Below are positions 35,877 to 46,245 of a stretch of DNA of 64,000 nt, in pieces (the stretch's first letter is position 1; each line of letters begins with the position of its first letter). The translations under genes were made by a program, and so were the position numbers. The stretch is from Arenicellales bacterium (GTDB taxonomy: Bacteria > Pseudomonadota > Gammaproteobacteria > Arenicellales > JAANXG01): NCBI GenBank assembly GCA_049583715.1, contig JBAUWJ010000152.1, positions 30 through 64,029 of the forward strand. The letters are read 5' to 3'. A model generated the notes under the pieces. It made no database searches. It worked only from the letters and a program-made list of their open reading frames with translations, and was not told where the DNA came from.

Positions 35877-37265
35877 ATGGGACACGGCATCATTACAGCG
35901 GCGTACATACTCGCAGCCATACTGTTCATATTCAGCCTGGGCGGCCTGAGCAACCAGGAGACCGCGCGCAGGGGCAACCTCTACGGTATTGTCGGCATGG
36001 CAATCGCCATCGCCGCCACCATAGCCGGCGACCGGGTTCACGACTACGGCCTGGTCGTCACTTTGATGGTGCTGGGGGCCGCCGCCGGCACCTTCGTGGC
36101 GATGAAGGTGCAGATGACCCAGATGCCGCAGCTCGTGGCCATGATGCACAGCTTCGTCGGACTCGCGGCGGTACTCATCGGCTTCGGCAACTATGCCGAT
36201 CCGAGCCTGCATTTCACCGGCGCGGAAAGGACCATCCACGACGTGGAGATTTATGTCGGCGTCCTGATCGGCGCTGTCACCTTCACGGGATCGGTAGTGG
36301 CTTTCGGGAAGCTCCAGGAGCTGCTGCCCTCGGCTCCCCTGCTCCTGCCCGCCCGACACGTCCTGAACCTGGTCGCCGCGTTGGTCTGCGTGTATCTGGG
36401 CTACCTGTTTCTCGGCGCCCCGGACGCCGCGCAGGGTGCGATTCCGTTGATTATCATGACGATGATCGCGCTGCTGTTCGGCATCCACATGGTCATGGCG
36501 ATTGGCGGCGCGGACATGCCGGTGGTGATCTCCATGCTGAACAGCTACTCGGGTTGGGCCGCCGCCGCGGCGGGCTTCATGCTCTCCAACGATCTCCTGA
36601 TCGTCACGGGAGCGCTGGTGGGGTCCAGCGGCGCTATTCTGAGCTACATCATGTGCCGCGCCATGAACCGCAACTTCGTGCGCGTGATCCTGGGGGGATT
36701 CGGGGGCGGCACCGCAGCTTCCGGTGCCGCTGCCGCCGGCGAGGTCCAATCCACCACGGCGGAGGAAGTGGCCGCTCTCCTGGAAGACGCATCCGAGGTC
36801 GTGATTACGCCGGGATACGGCATGGCCGTCGCGCACGCCCAGCATGCCGTCTCGGACATCACTAGCCTGCTGCGTAGCAAGGGCGTGCAGGTACGCTTCG
36901 GGATTCATCCCGTGGCCGGGCGCATGCCGGGCCACATGAACGTGCTGCTGGCCGAAGCCAAGGTGCCCTACGATATCGTGCTGGAGATGGACGAGATCAA
37001 CGACGACTTCGAGCACACCGACGTGGTGCTGGTGATCGGCGCCAACGACACCGTGAATCCCGCGGCCGAAGAAGAACCGGACAGCCCCATCGCCGGCATG
37101 CCCATCCTCGAGGTGTACAAGGCCAGAAACGTCATCGTCCTCAAGCGCTCAATGGCCTCCGGCTACGCGGGAGTCGACAATCCGCTGTTCTACCGCGAGA
37201 ACACCCGAATGCTCTTCGGCGACGCCCGGGCCAGCGTGGAAGCGATTCTGGCGGCCTTGAAGTAG
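35877..37265 (+). CDS. pntB: NAD(P) transhydrogenase subunit beta
   Basis: 462 aa. N-terminal TM domain and C-terminal NADP(H)-binding dIII ([11 protein letters not shown]..., [10 protein letters not shown]). Confidence 0.95.
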   Translation: MGHGIITAAYILAAILFIFSLGGLSNQETARRGNLYGIVGMAIAIAATIAGDRVHDYGLVVTLMVLGAAAGTFVAMKVQMTQMPQLVAMMHSFVGLAAVLIGFGNYADPSLHFTGAERTIHDVEIYVGVLIGAVTFTGSVVAFGKLQELLPSAPLLLPARHVLNLVAALVCVYLGYLFLGAPDAAQGAIPLIIMTMIALLFGIHMVMAIGGADMPVVISMLNSYSGWAAAAAGFMLSNDLLIVTGALVGSSGAILSYIMCRAMNRNFVRVILGGFGGGTAASGAAAAGEVQSTTAEEVAALLEDASEVVITPGYGMAVAHAQHAVSDITSLLRSKGVQVRFGIHPVAGRMPGHMNVLLAEAKVPYDIVLEMDEINDDFEHTDVVLVIGANDTVNPAAEEEPDSPIAGMPILEVYKARNVIVLKRSMASGYAGVDNPLFYRENTRMLFGDARASVEAILAALK

Positions 37266-37348
37266 GGTCGTCACCAAGCCGAAGTTTTTCGGCTCGATGC
37301 CCTCGCTGCATGGTCAGGATGTGCGGGTGATTGGCGAAAGTGCCCTGG

Positions 37349-37455
37349 CATGAAGCGGGGAGGGGTTTCGGCGGGACGCCGCGAGTACGTCCTTGTAGGC
37401 TCGCCTCCGGCGTCCCTGCCTCCAGACGCCCGCCGAAACCCCTCCCCGCTTCATG
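37349..37455. repeat. Repeat family A copy A4
   Basis: The arms CATGAAGCGGGGAGGGGTTTCGGCGGG / CCCGCCGAAACCCCTCCCCGCTTCATG are perfectly complementary over 27 nt. Confidence 0.8.
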
Positions 37456-37691
37456 CTCTTGCGCCCATCCCTTCGATAGGCGCTGGCACCTGTGAGACGA
37501 ATTCGTTCAGCTATCGGACATCGGCGAGACGTGGCGAGCACCTTCCCTGTAGAAGTCCATCTCCGGGGTTCTGTGCCTGCCCTTGGACGCCGGTTGAAAC
37601 GCGTTCCCCTATTCCAAGCGTCGGTCCCCTCGATTGAAGGCAGCGTCCGCAGGCGGGATTGACTACCCGGCGAAGGGGGCCGCCGTGTAGG

Positions 37692-37798
37692 CATGGTTTG
37701 GGGGAGGCTTTCGCCGACCGTCTGGAGGCAGGGATGCCGGAAGCGAGCGTACAGGGAAGTATTCACAGCGTGTCGGCGAAAGCCTCCCCCAAACCATG
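37692..37798. repeat. Repeat family A copy A5 (inverted orientation)
   Basis: The arms CATGGTTTGGGGGAGGCTTTCGCCGAC / GTCGGCGAAAGCCTCCCCCAAACCATG are perfectly complementary over 27 nt. The core matches A3/A4 in reverse complement. Confidence 0.8.
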
Positions 37799-37925
37799 CT
37801 TTCCGTGCTCCCATCAACCAGCGAACAAGCACAATCCCGCACATCTCTTCAAGGGTTACATCCCTTATCTGTACGAATTTACCGCGAGCGGAAAGCAAAC
37901 TCAGTCGAGGTAAGGGAGAGCGCTA

Positions 37926-38804
37926 TCAGCCCAGGGCGTTCTTCATCAGCTTGCCGATCTCGGCGGGGTTGCGGGTGACGCCGATACCGGCGTCTTCCAT
38001 GGCGGCGATCTTTTCGGCGGCGGTGCCCTTGCCGCCGGATATGATCGCGCCGGCATGTCCCATGCGCTTGCCCGGAGGGGCGGTGACGCCGGCAATGAAG
38101 CCTACCACCGGTTTTTTCATGTTGTCTTTCACCCAGGCGGCACAGTCCTCTTCGTCGGTGCCGCCGATCTCTCCACACATGACGACGCCCTCGGTGGCGG
38201 GATCGTCGTTGAACATCTTCATGACATCCAGGTGTTTCAAGCCGTTGACGGGATCTCCGCCGATGCCTACGCAGGTCGACTGGCCGAGGCCCAGCTCGGT
38301 GAGCTGCGCCACGACCTCGTAGGTGAGGGTCCCGGAGCGCGACACGACACCGATGGGCCCCTTCTTGTGGATGTAGCCGGGCATGATCCCGATCTTCAGC
38401 TCATCCGGAGTGATGACTCCGGGACAATTGGGGCCCACCAGCAAGGTCGGCCCGTCCTTCATACTGTATCGCGTCAGGATCATGTCCTTCACCGGAATGC
38501 CTTCCGTGATGCAGATCACCACCCGCATCCCGGCTTCGACAGCCTCGTCTATGGCCGCGGAAGCGAACTTCGGCGGCACGTAGATCACCGACACGTCGCA
38601 TCCCGTTTGCTCTTTTGCTTCGCGCACCGTCTCGAACACCGGCACGCCTTCCACCGACTGGCCGGCCTTGCCCGGGGTAACGCCGGCGACGTAGCACTGC
38701 TTGCCGAACGCATATTCGATCGAGTGCTTGGTATGGAACGCGCCGGTCTTGCCGGTGATCCCCTGGGTGACGACCTTCGAATTCTTGTCGATCAGAATAG
38801 ACAT
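37926..38804 (-). CDS. sucD: Succinate--CoA ligase subunit alpha
   Basis: [26 protein letters not shown]..., GHAGAII. Start at the internal ATG 38804, next to the sucC stop. Confidence 0.95.
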   Translation of the reverse strand: MSILIDKNSKVVTQGITGKTGAFHTKHSIEYAFGKQCYVAGVTPGKAGQSVEGVPVFETVREAKEQTGCDVSVIYVPPKFASAAIDEAVEAGMRVVICITEGIPVKDMILTRYSMKDGPTLLVGPNCPGVITPDELKIGIMPGYIHKKGPIGVVSRSGTLTYEVVAQLTELGLGQSTCVGIGGDPVNGLKHLDVMKMFNDDPATEGVVMCGEIGGTDEEDCAAWVKDNMKKPVVGFIAGVTAPPGKRMGHAGAIISGGKGTAAEKIAAMEDAGIGVTRNPAEIGKLMKNALG

Positions 38805-38805
38805 A

Positions 38806-39969
38806 TCAGCTCCTCGCCGCCGCCACCGCCTTCTCGGCGGCGTCCGCCATCGTGGTGGCGGAGATGACATTGATTCCGGAATTGGCGATGATCTCCCGGC
38901 CCTGTTTCACGTTCGTGCCCTCCAGCCGCACCACCAGGGGCACGCCGAGCTCCACGACCTTCGCTGCGTTGACGAGGCCTTCGGCAATGACGTCGCAGCG
39001 CATGATGCCGCCGAATATGTTGACCAGGATCGCCTTGAGATGGGGATTGCGCATCATGATCTTGAACGCCTCGGTGACCTGCTCGGTCGTCGCGCCCCCG
39101 CCGACATCGAGGAAGTTGGCCGGAGACGAGCCGTACAGCTTGATGATATCCATGGTCGCCATGGCCAGTCCCGCACCGTTCACGAGGCAGCCGATGTCGC
39201 CGTCCAGGGCGATGTAGTTGAGGTCGAACTGGGAAGCGTCGATCTCGTTCGGGTCCTCTTCGTCGAGGTCGCGCAGCTCCTTCCATTCCGGATGCCGGAA
39301 GGCGGCGTTGTCGTCGAAGTTGATCTTGGCATCCAGCGCCAGCACGCGCCCGTCCCGGGTGACGATCAGGGGATTGATCTCTGCCAGCGAAGCATCCGAA
39401 TCCCAGTACGCCTTGTAGAGAGCGGTAAAGAACTCGACCGCACGGTCGCGGCAGGATTCGGGAATGCCGATCTTCTTTGCCAGGTCGGCGGCCTGATCCG
39501 GGTCCAGACCATCGATGGGGTGAATCGCCACCCTATGGATCTTCTCAGGCGTCTCGCTCGCCACCTGCTCGATCTCGGTGCCGCCCTCGGAGCTGGCCAT
39601 CATGGTCACCCGCTGGGTGGCGCGATCGACCACCAGGCCGACATAAAGCTCGGACTCGATATCGGCTCCCTCCTCCACCAGCAGCCGCTTGACTTCCTTG
39701 CCTTCCGGTCCCGTCTGGTGGGTAACGAGCTGCATGCCGAGGATCTCGGCGGCCGCTGTCCTGACCTCTTCGATGGACCGTGCGACCTTGACGCCGCCTC
39801 CCTTGCCGCGTCCCCCGGCGTGGATCTGGGCCTTGACAACCCACACCTTTCCACCCAGCTTTTCGGCCGCCGCGACGGCTTCGTCGACGGAGAAACAAGC
39901 GACACCGGCGGGTGTTGCGACGCCGTATTTCCTCAACAACTCTTTTCCCTGGTATTCATGAATCTTCAT
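38806..39969 (-). CDS. sucC: Succinate--CoA ligase subunit beta
   Basis: [17 protein letters not shown]..., ATP-grasp fold, 387 aa. Confidence 0.95.
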   Translation of the reverse strand: MKIHEYQGKELLRKYGVATPAGVACFSVDEAVAAAEKLGGKVWVVKAQIHAGGRGKGGGVKVARSIEEVRTAAAEILGMQLVTHQTGPEGKEVKRLLVEEGADIESELYVGLVVDRATQRVTMMASSEGGTEIEQVASETPEKIHRVAIHPIDGLDPDQAADLAKKIGIPESCRDRAVEFFTALYKAYWDSDASLAEINPLIVTRDGRVLALDAKINFDDNAAFRHPEWKELRDLDEEDPNEIDASQFDLNYIALDGDIGCLVNGAGLAMATMDIIKLYGSSPANFLDVGGGATTEQVTEAFKIMMRNPHLKAILVNIFGGIMRCDVIAEGLVNAAKVVELGVPLVVRLEGTNVKQGREIIANSGINVISATTMADAAEKAVAAARS

Positions 39970-39999
39970 GGAAAACCCCTAACTGATAATCAATTGTCT

Positions 40000-41211
40000 T
40001 CAATCCGGTTTCTGCATTCGTCCCACCTCGGCCACCCTTCTCGGAATTCGTTCAATCAACCTCGGATCGAATTGCTTGGGCAGGATGTAGTCGGTGCCGA
40101 ACTCCATGCTGTCGACACCGTAGGCCTCGAGCACTTCCTGTGGCACGGGCTCCTTCGCGACGTCTGCCAGCGCGTGAACCACGGCGGTGAGGATATTCTG
40201 GTCGATACGCCTGATTCTCGCATCCAATGCGCCGCGAAACAAAAATGGGAAGCACAATGCGTTGTTGACCTGGTTCGGGTAGTCGGACCGTCCCGTAGCC
40301 ATGATGATGTCCGAACGGACGGACTTCGCCACTTCCGGCATGATCTCGGGCACGGGATTGGACAAGGCAAACACGATCGCCCTGTCGGACATCACGGTCA
40401 GCATCTCCGGCGTGACCAGGTTGGCGCCGGATACGCCGATGAAGACGTCCGCATCCACCATCGCTTCCGCCAGGGTGCGCTTCCGCGTGTCGTTCGCGTA
40501 GGCCTGCTTGTAGATGTTGATGTCCATGCGGCCCGTGTGCACCACGCCTTTCCGGTCGACCAGCGTGATCTGTTCCCTCCCGGCGCCGAGGGCGATCAGC
40601 ACGCGGGTCGTCGAGATGCCGGCAGCGCCGGCGCCGAGGATGACGATCTGCACGTCCTGCAGGCGCTTGCCCTGAAGCTCCAGGGCGTTGAGCAGCCCGG
40701 CGCAGGCGATGACCGCGGTGCCGTGCTGGTCGTCGTGAAAGACCGGGATGTTCAGGCGCTCCTTCAGCCGTTCCTCGACGACGAAGCATCGCGGGGCGGC
40801 GATATCCTCCAGATTGATGCCACCGAAGGTCGGCGCGATGTTCACGACGGTCTCGATGAAGGCCTCGGTGCTCGGAGCGCATATCTCCAGGTCGAAGACG
40901 TCGATGTTGGCAAAACGCTTGAAGAGGATGGCTTTGCCCTCCATGACCGGCTTGCCCGCCAAGGCACCCACGTTGCCGAGTCCCAGCACCGCGCTGCCGT
41001 CGGTGACCACGGCAACGAGATTGCCTTTGTTGGTGTACAGATAAGCGTTCTCTTCGTCCCTGGCGATCTCCTCCACCGGAGCCGCCACGCCTGGCGTGTA
41101 TGCGAGAGACAGGTCCTGTGAGGTGACAAACGGCTTCGTGGGCTGAATCGAAACCTTCCCGGGCTTGGGGTTCGCATGATATTCGAGGGCTCTTGCCCTA
41201 TCGTCCGCCAT
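40000..41211 (-). CDS. NAD(P)-dependent malic enzyme (short form, no PTA-like domain)
   Basis: LSLAYTPGVAAPVEEI, VVTDGSAVLGLGNVGALAGKPVMEGKAILFK, ILGAGAAG. Confidence 0.9.
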   Translation of the reverse strand: MADDRARALEYHANPKPGKVSIQPTKPFVTSQDLSLAYTPGVAAPVEEIARDEENAYLYTNKGNLVAVVTDGSAVLGLGNVGALAGKPVMEGKAILFKRFANIDVFDLEICAPSTEAFIETVVNIAPTFGGINLEDIAAPRCFVVEERLKERLNIPVFHDDQHGTAVIACAGLLNALELQGKRLQDVQIVILGAGAAGISTTRVLIALGAGREQITLVDRKGVVHTGRMDINIYKQAYANDTRKRTLAEAMVDADVFIGVSGANLVTPEMLTVMSDRAIVFALSNPVPEIMPEVAKSVRSDIIMATGRSDYPNQVNNALCFPFLFRGALDARIRRIDQNILTAVVHALADVAKEPVPQEVLEAYGVDSMEFGTDYILPKQFDPRLIERIPRRVAEVGRMQKPD

Positions 41212-41569
41212 GCACGGTTCCCGCTGCTTTCATTTCTTTTCGGCCGGTGGGACTCCCTCGGGGATTCTACAGGGCGGACCCGTATAATTCATCCGGGAAA
41301 TAGAAGTCGCTCTTGTCGCTCCCTGACGCTTCCCCGGGTGCCAAATGAACGGGGAGCGATCCTCGTGCACCGCTTGATCAATCCGGCTCCCGAAAGGGAA
41401 GCCTCATGCTGATTGTTCCTGCGTTCTCGTCAAGCACGCCAGGGAAAGTCAATCAGCGCGATCCGATCCCCCTTGGCGTGCTTGGCGTCTTGGCGAGAGC
41501 CTATCCGTACCATGCACCCACCAATTCTGCCGGTGGCCGACCAGTTCAAACACAGGGGGGATCGCCCTC

Positions 41570-41672
41570 CCTGAGCCTCGCCCCTGCGGGGCCGCGCTGA
41601 AGCGCGTCCAATTTCGCTCCCGGCGAAATTGTCGAACCCGAGTGGGTTCGTCCACGCGCCCGCTCAACCAAG
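41570..41672. repeat. Repeat family E copy E1 (103 nt)
   Basis: It differs from 41735-41837 at a single position (41641 A vs 41806 G). Internal hairpins include CAATTTCGC-ccggg-GCGAAATTG and GCCCC-tgc-GGGGC. Confidence 0.85.
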
Positions 41673-41705
41673 TTGTAAGCGGTCCGGTGGACCGCTTGAT
41701 TGTCC

Positions 41706-41724
41706 TGTGGAGAGGGTGGGATTG
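41706..41724 (-). pseudogene. Fragment duplicating the 3' end of tRNA-Ser
   Basis: TGTGGAGAGGGTGGGATT here versus TGGCGGAGAGGGTGGGATT at 41871-41889. It lies between E1 and E2 at the position equivalent to the real tRNA. Confidence 0.6.
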
Positions 41725-41734
41725 CTCGGCTCTT

Positions 41735-41837
41735 CCTGAGCCTCGCCCCTGCGGGGCCGCGCTGAAGCGCGTCCAATTTCGCTCCCGGCGAAATTGTCGA
41801 ACCCGGGTGGGTTCGTCCACGCGCCCGCTCAACCAAG
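41735..41837. repeat. Repeat family E copy E2
   Basis: See E1. The two copies are offset by exactly 165 bp. Confidence 0.85.
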
Positions 41838-41870
41838 CCTTACGGTGGCCCGCTGGGCCACCGTAAGGCT
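41836..41870 (-). terminator. 15-bp perfect hairpin immediately after the tRNA-Ser 3' end
   Basis: AGCCTTACGGTGGCC-cgctg-GGCCACCGTAAGGCT, followed on the minus strand by TTGGTT. An analogous hairpin (AAGCGGTCC-ggt-GGACCGCTT) follows the pseudo-fragment. Confidence 0.45.
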
Positions 41871-41958
41871 TGGCGGAGAGGGTGGGATTCGAACCCACGG
41901 ACCCTTTCGGGTCAACGGTTTTCAAGACCGCCGCCTTCGACCGCTCGGCCACCTCTCC
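41871..41958 (-). tRNA. tRNA-Ser(UGA)
   Basis: GGAGAGGTGGCCGAGCGGTCGAAGGCGGCGGTCTTGAAAACCGTTGACCCGAAAGGGTCCGTGGGTTCGAATCCCACCCTCTCCGCCA: class II tRNA, anticodon loop CUUGAAA, CCA encoded. Confidence 0.95.
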
Positions 41959-41968
41959 GGCGGGGTGG

Positions 41969-41998
41969 ATGATACCGGTTTAGGTCCCTTGGGACCAA
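41969..41998 (-). promoter_or_regulatory. Candidate tRNA-Ser promoter with a GC-rich discriminator
   Basis: On the minus strand: TTGGTC (41998-41993), 18-nt spacer, TATCAT (41974-41969), then CCACCCCGCC directly before the mature 5' end. Confidence 0.35.
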
Positions 41999-42129
41999 GA
42001 GAGAAGGCTTGAAATTCATGGAGTTAGACCCTATCTCGAAAGCACTTGAAGTTTCGAATGAGGTCGGTATCCTTGGAACTCGGCCGTTAGCAGACCCTCT
42101 AACGGGTACTTATATTCAGCGGAGGCAGA

Positions 42130-42804
42130 ATGAATCCGAATCAGCTCAATCAAGCCGTTGCCCGGCCGCAGGTCGCCGGTATCGAAGTCAACAAGGTCCT
42201 CAGGAACACCTACATGTTGTTGTCGCTGACCTTGCTGTTCTGTGCAGCGACGGCGGCCATGTCCATGGCCTACCACTGGCCTTATCCTGGACTGATCCTG
42301 ACCCTGGTAGGATTCTATGGCTTGTCCTTCCTCACGACCAAGTTCCGGAACTCCGCCCTGGGGCTGGTGTTCGTGTTCGCCCTGACCGGTTTCATGGGCC
42401 TGACGCTGGGACCCATAATCAGTGCGTACATCAAGTTCCTCCCGAATGGTACCCAGCTCGTCATGACGGCAATGGGCGCAACGGGAATTATCTTCCTGGG
42501 CCTCTCCGGCTATGTGCTGGTGACCCGTAAGGATTTCAGCTTCATGGCCGGGTTGCTGTTCTCGGGCATACTGATCGCGATGCTCGCCGGGATCGGCGCC
42601 GCGATCTTCCACATGCCCGCCCTGTCGCTGGCAGTCTCAGCCATGTTCGTCCTGTTGATGTCCGGGTTGATCCTTTTCGAGACCAGCCAGATCATTCATG
42701 GCGGCGAGACCAATTACATCATGGCCACCATTACCCTGTTCGTCGCGATCTACAATCTGTTCCTGGCCCTTCTCCAGCTCATGGCGGGCTTCGGCCGCGA
42801 CTGA
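42130..42804 (+). CDS. Bax inhibitor-1/YccA-family membrane protein
   Basis: 224 aa, 7 TM helices, NKVLRNTYMLLSLTLLF start region, GGAGG Shine-Dalgarno sequence upstream. Confidence 0.85.
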   Translation: MNPNQLNQAVARPQVAGIEVNKVLRNTYMLLSLTLLFCAATAAMSMAYHWPYPGLILTLVGFYGLSFLTTKFRNSALGLVFVFALTGFMGLTLGPIISAYIKFLPNGTQLVMTAMGATGIIFLGLSGYVLVTRKDFSFMAGLLFSGILIAMLAGIGAAIFHMPALSLAVSAMFVLLMSGLILFETSQIIHGGETNYIMATITLFVAIYNLFLALLQLMAGFGRD

Positions 42805-42845
42805 CGGCATTCTCCTCCTGACGGCACTTTTGGTGCCCGGATAAG

Positions 42846-42876
42846 AAAAAGCCCCGTCCTTCGACGGGGCTTTTTC
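42846..42876. terminator. Bidirectional rho-independent terminator
   Basis: AAAAAGCCCCGTC-cttc-GACGGGGCTTTTT, between two convergent genes. Confidence 0.85.
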
Positions 42877-42951
42877 TGCATTTCCTTAACTCTCCATGGC
42901 CTCGGTTCGCATCCGCGACCTCCACCGGCAGCACGCCGGTGACCGGGCCGG

Positions 42952-43989
42952 TCAGCTGTGCTGCTCGCGGGCTTGAGCGATTCGCTCGATGTTGAAGTCG
43001 AGGTAAATCATCAACAGCAGATACAGCGCGAACAGACCCAGGAACCCGAAGAACATCATCTGCTCAGAGACGCCTTTGAAATCCGCGAGCAACCCGAGCG
43101 ACGCGATGATACTCGCCGCCGCAACGGATATCAGGAGGCTCTGGTTCACCGTCCAGCCGTATTCCTGCAGGTAGTGATGATAGTGGGTCCGATCCGCGTG
43201 GAAGGGCGATCGTCCCTGTATCGGACGGCGCAGCAATGACGCCACCGCGTCGAACAAAGGCAAGGCAAACACCCACAATGCGGTAACCGGCTTCATCACC
43301 CTGTCGTCTCCCTGGGTCATCGCGATCAGGAACCATGCGAGCATGAACCCGACCAGCAGGCTGCCGGCGTCGCCGAGATACAGCCTCGCAGTCTTGAAGC
43401 CGGGGATCCTGGCGTTGTAGAGCATGAAGGCCAGCAGAGCAGCCATCATTACGCCCACGAACGGGGCATAGGCGAGGTGGTGCGTCATGTACGAGGCAAC
43501 GATCAGGGCGAGACAGGTGACCAGGGACAAGGCGCCGGCCAAGCCATCAAGCCCGTCGGACATGTTCACAGCGTTGATCACCCCGACCGCCGAGAATATC
43601 GTGAGGGCAACGCCCCAGCGCCCCAGACCCGTGGCATAGGCCGAGTGAAATATGTGCCCGAGATCACGTAGCGAAACACCGGCAACCCAGGCCAGCACAC
43701 CTACGGCCAGCGCCTGCGCCGCGAAACGCACGGCGAAGGAGGTTTCCCTGGCATCATCCCAGACCCCCATTACGACCAGAATGGTGCCGCAGAAGATTAC
43801 GGCGGTCCGTATGTCCTGCGATAAGGGAAGCAGCCACGCGCCCAGCAGTATGCCGACGAATACGCCCAGGCCACCCACGAGCGGCGTCGGCTCCGTGTGC
43901 CGTCTGTGGGCGCCGGGGTAGGAAAGCAGTCCCAGCTTCCGCGCGTTCTGACGCAGTACCTCCAGCGCAACGACGGTAACCAGGAACAC
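42952..43989 (-). CDS. Polyprenyl-phosphate N-acetylhexosamine-1-phosphate transferase (MraY/WecA family, GT4 of the PNPT superfamily)
   Basis: PTPLVGGLGVF, NAVNMSDGLDGLAG, and 10-11 TM helices. The start codon is uncertain (GTG 43989). Confidence 0.85.
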   Translation of the reverse strand: MFLVTVVALEVLRQNARKLGLLSYPGAHRRHTEPTPLVGGLGVFVGILLGAWLLPLSQDIRTAVIFCGTILVVMGVWDDARETSFAVRFAAQALAVGVLAWVAGVSLRDLGHIFHSAYATGLGRWGVALTIFSAVGVINAVNMSDGLDGLAGALSLVTCLALIVASYMTHHLAYAPFVGVMMAALLAFMLYNARIPGFKTARLYLGDAGSLLVGFMLAWFLIAMTQGDDRVMKPVTALWVFALPLFDAVASLLRRPIQGRSPFHADRTHYHHYLQEYGWTVNQSLLISVAAASIIASLGLLADFKGVSEQMMFFGFLGLFALYLLLMIYLDFNIERIAQAREQHS

Positions 43990-44254
43990 GGCGGCAAGTA
44001 CGAGAGAATATTTGATGACTACGCCCTCTTAATTCTACAGAAGTCTAGACTATTATCGTCGCCATTGCGGGGAGACTTGAATCCGTCGACTCGAGACGCC
44101 CCTGGCAGGTTGTTGCAAAGCAGCCTGTTAGTGCAAGGAAATGGCGAGTGTTCGCTCCCGTAACATCTGTTCGTGCCTTCCACGGCGGTCCGATATCTTC
44201 GCGTTGAACCGGTACATTCAACGGAGGGCAGGAAAGCCCTCTTTCAATACCCTG

Positions 44255-45283
44255 CTAGTCCAGGGACACTCCTGAGCACTCCCATCGCCACGCCGTCCCG
44301 AGTATCTCGCCCAAGCTCGAATAATTGCGCACCCAACCGAGCTCTCGCTCCGCCCGAGACGAATCCGCCACCAATACCGGCGGGTCGCCGAGCCTGCGCT
44401 GCTCCACCGTGAACGGAACCGGTCGCCCAATTTCGGACTCGGCCGCCTTGATCACCTCCATCACCGAGTACCCCTCGCCGGACCCCAGATTGAAGGCGTG
44501 ATATCCGCGGTTCTCGATGAGATATTGCAAGGCGAGACAATGCGCCTCGGCGAGGTCCGCAACATGAACAAAGTCACGAACGCAGGTTCCGTCCCGTGTG
44601 GGATAGTCGCCTCCAAACACCTTCACGCTGCCGTTCCCGCCGCGACCCACCCGCAGGACACTCGGAATGAGATGCGGCTCCGGATCGTGGCGCTCCCCGA
44701 TCTCTCCATCCGGGTCCGCCCCGGCCGCGTTGAAATACCGGAGACTGCATGCGCCGATGCCGTAGGCTGCGGAATAATCCGTAAGGATACGTTCAATCAT
44801 CAACTTCGATCGGCCATACGGACTGACGGGATCCTGGGACGCCTGCTCGGAAATCGGCGTGGACTCGGGAACTCCATAGGTCGCGCAGCTACTGGAGAAT
44901 ACGATGTGCCCGGGGCCGCTTTCCCTCATCGCGTCAAGCAGGTTGATGGTACCCCCGACGTTGTTGCGGTAGTACTTTGCAGGGTCGCTCACCGACTCCG
45001 CCACGTAGGCGCTGGCCGCGAAGTGCAGGACCGCGACGACGCGATGGTGCTCCATGGTCCTAAGCAGGTGCTCCTTGTCTCGCAGGCTGCCCCGGACCAG
45101 GCAACCCCACTTCACCGCCCCCCGGTGGCCGGTCTCCAGGCTGTCGAACACCACGGGGTCATAACCTTGGGCTGCCAGGGCCTTGCAGGTGTGGCTGCCC
45201 ACGTATCCCGCCCCGCCCGTTACAAGGATCTTTCCACGGCCTGCCGCCGCGTCACCCCTCTTGGACGCGGTACCGGGGTGCAT
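44255..45283 (-). CDS. galE: UDP-glucose 4-epimerase
   Basis: [18 protein letters not shown], short-chain dehydrogenase fold. The start may be internal to the 342-aa ORF. Confidence 0.85.
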   Translation of the reverse strand: MHPGTASKRGDAAAGRGKILVTGGAGYVGSHTCKALAAQGYDPVVFDSLETGHRGAVKWGCLVRGSLRDKEHLLRTMEHHRVVAVLHFAASAYVAESVSDPAKYYRNNVGGTINLLDAMRESGPGHIVFSSSCATYGVPESTPISEQASQDPVSPYGRSKLMIERILTDYSAAYGIGACSLRYFNAAGADPDGEIGERHDPEPHLIPSVLRVGRGGNGSVKVFGGDYPTRDGTCVRDFVHVADLAEAHCLALQYLIENRGYHAFNLGSGEGYSVMEVIKAAESEIGRPVPFTVEQRRLGDPPVLVADSSRAERELGWVRNYSSLGEILGTAWRWECSGVSLD

Positions 45284-46245
45284 TATGCCCTTCTCTCTCC
45301 ATTGCTCAGCAAGGCGTCAAAGTATCCCACGGTCTTCACCAAACCCTCCTTGAGGGCGGTCCTGGGCTCCCAGTCGAATTTCTCCCTCGCGAGCTGTATG
45401 TCGGGACAACGCTGCGTAGGATCGTCAAACGGAAGGTCCCGATACACCAGCTTGGAAGCGGAGCCCGTGATGCCGATGATCTGCTCCGCGAGCTGTCTGA
45501 TGGAGTACTCTCCGGGGTTGCCCGCGTTGAGGGGCCCGGGGAAATCGTCGGGGCCGTCCATGAAACGGGCCATGATCTCGATCATATCGTCGACGTAGCA
45601 GAACGAGCGGGTCTGGGTGCCGTCGCCGTAGATGGTGATCGGCTCGTTCTTCAAGGCCTGCACGATGAAGTTGGAGACGACCCGACCGTCGTAGAGATCC
45701 ATCTTCGGCCCATAGGTATTGAAGATGCGCAGTACCCGTATGTTCAAGCCGTGCTGACGCCGATAGTCGAAAAACAAGGTCTCTGCACAACGTTTTCCCT
45801 CATCGTAGCAGGCCCGTATCCCCACGGGATTCACGCTTCCCCAGTATGACTCGGTCTGCGGATGCTCATCGGGATCTCCGTAGACTTCGCTGGTGGACGC
45901 CTGGAGAATCTTCCCTCCCACCCTCTTCGCCAGGCCCAGCATGTTGATCGCACCGTGCACGCTGGTCTTGGTGGTCTGTACCGGGTCCCGTTGATAATGA
46001 ATTGGCGAGGCCGGACAGGCCAGGTTGTAGATTTCGTCCACCTCTACGTAGAGCGGAAACGTGACGTCGTGCCTGATCAGCTCGAAATACGGGCTGTCCA
46101 TCAGATGCGCGACGTTCGACTTGCTGCCGGTGTAGTAGTTGTCCACGCACAGGACGTCGTGCCCCCCCCTCAACAGGCGCTCGCACAGGTGTGATCCCAG
46201 GAAGCCCGCCCCGCCCGTCACCAGGATCCGCTTTCTCTTACTCAT
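45283..46245 (-). CDS. UDP-glucuronate decarboxylase (UDP-xylose synthase-like)
   Basis: [35 protein letters not shown]...[14 protein letters not shown]...TSEVYGDP, characteristic of UXS/ArnA-decarboxylase-type SDRs. Confidence 0.85.
   Translation of the reverse strand: MSKRKRILVTGGAGFLGSHLCERLLRGGHDVLCVDNYYTGSKSNVAHLMDSPYFELIRHDVTFPLYVEVDEIYNLACPASPIHYQRDPVQTTKTSVHGAINMLGLAKRVGGKILQASTSEVYGDPDEHPQTESYWGSVNPVGIRACYDEGKRCAETLFFDYRRQHGLNIRVLRIFNTYGPKMDLYDGRVVSNFIVQALKNEPITIYGDGTQTRSFCYVDDMIEIMARFMDGPDDFPGPLNAGNPGEYSIRQLAEQIIGITGSASKLVYRDLPFDDPTQRCPDIQLAREKFDWEPRTALKEGLVKTVGYFDALLSNGERRA

Noticed and set aside
34116-37016. Minus-strand ORFs 34116-35492 (458 aa) and 35541-37016 (491 aa).
   Set aside because: Antisense to pntA and pntB, whose plus-strand products are unmistakable.
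38701-41121. 806-aa plus-strand ORF.
   Set aside because: Antisense to sucC and the malic enzyme gene. The composition is typical of shadow frames.
41449-41952. 167-aa minus-strand ORF beginning [12 protein letters not shown].
   Set aside because: It is a translation of tRNA-Ser itself followed by the duplicated E repeats.
43990-44254. Search for a JUMPStart/ops element (GGCGGTAG) upstream of the wecA-like gene, and likewise in 54063-54333.
   Set aside because: No match on the coding strand. Only GGCGGTCC was found, on the opposite strand.
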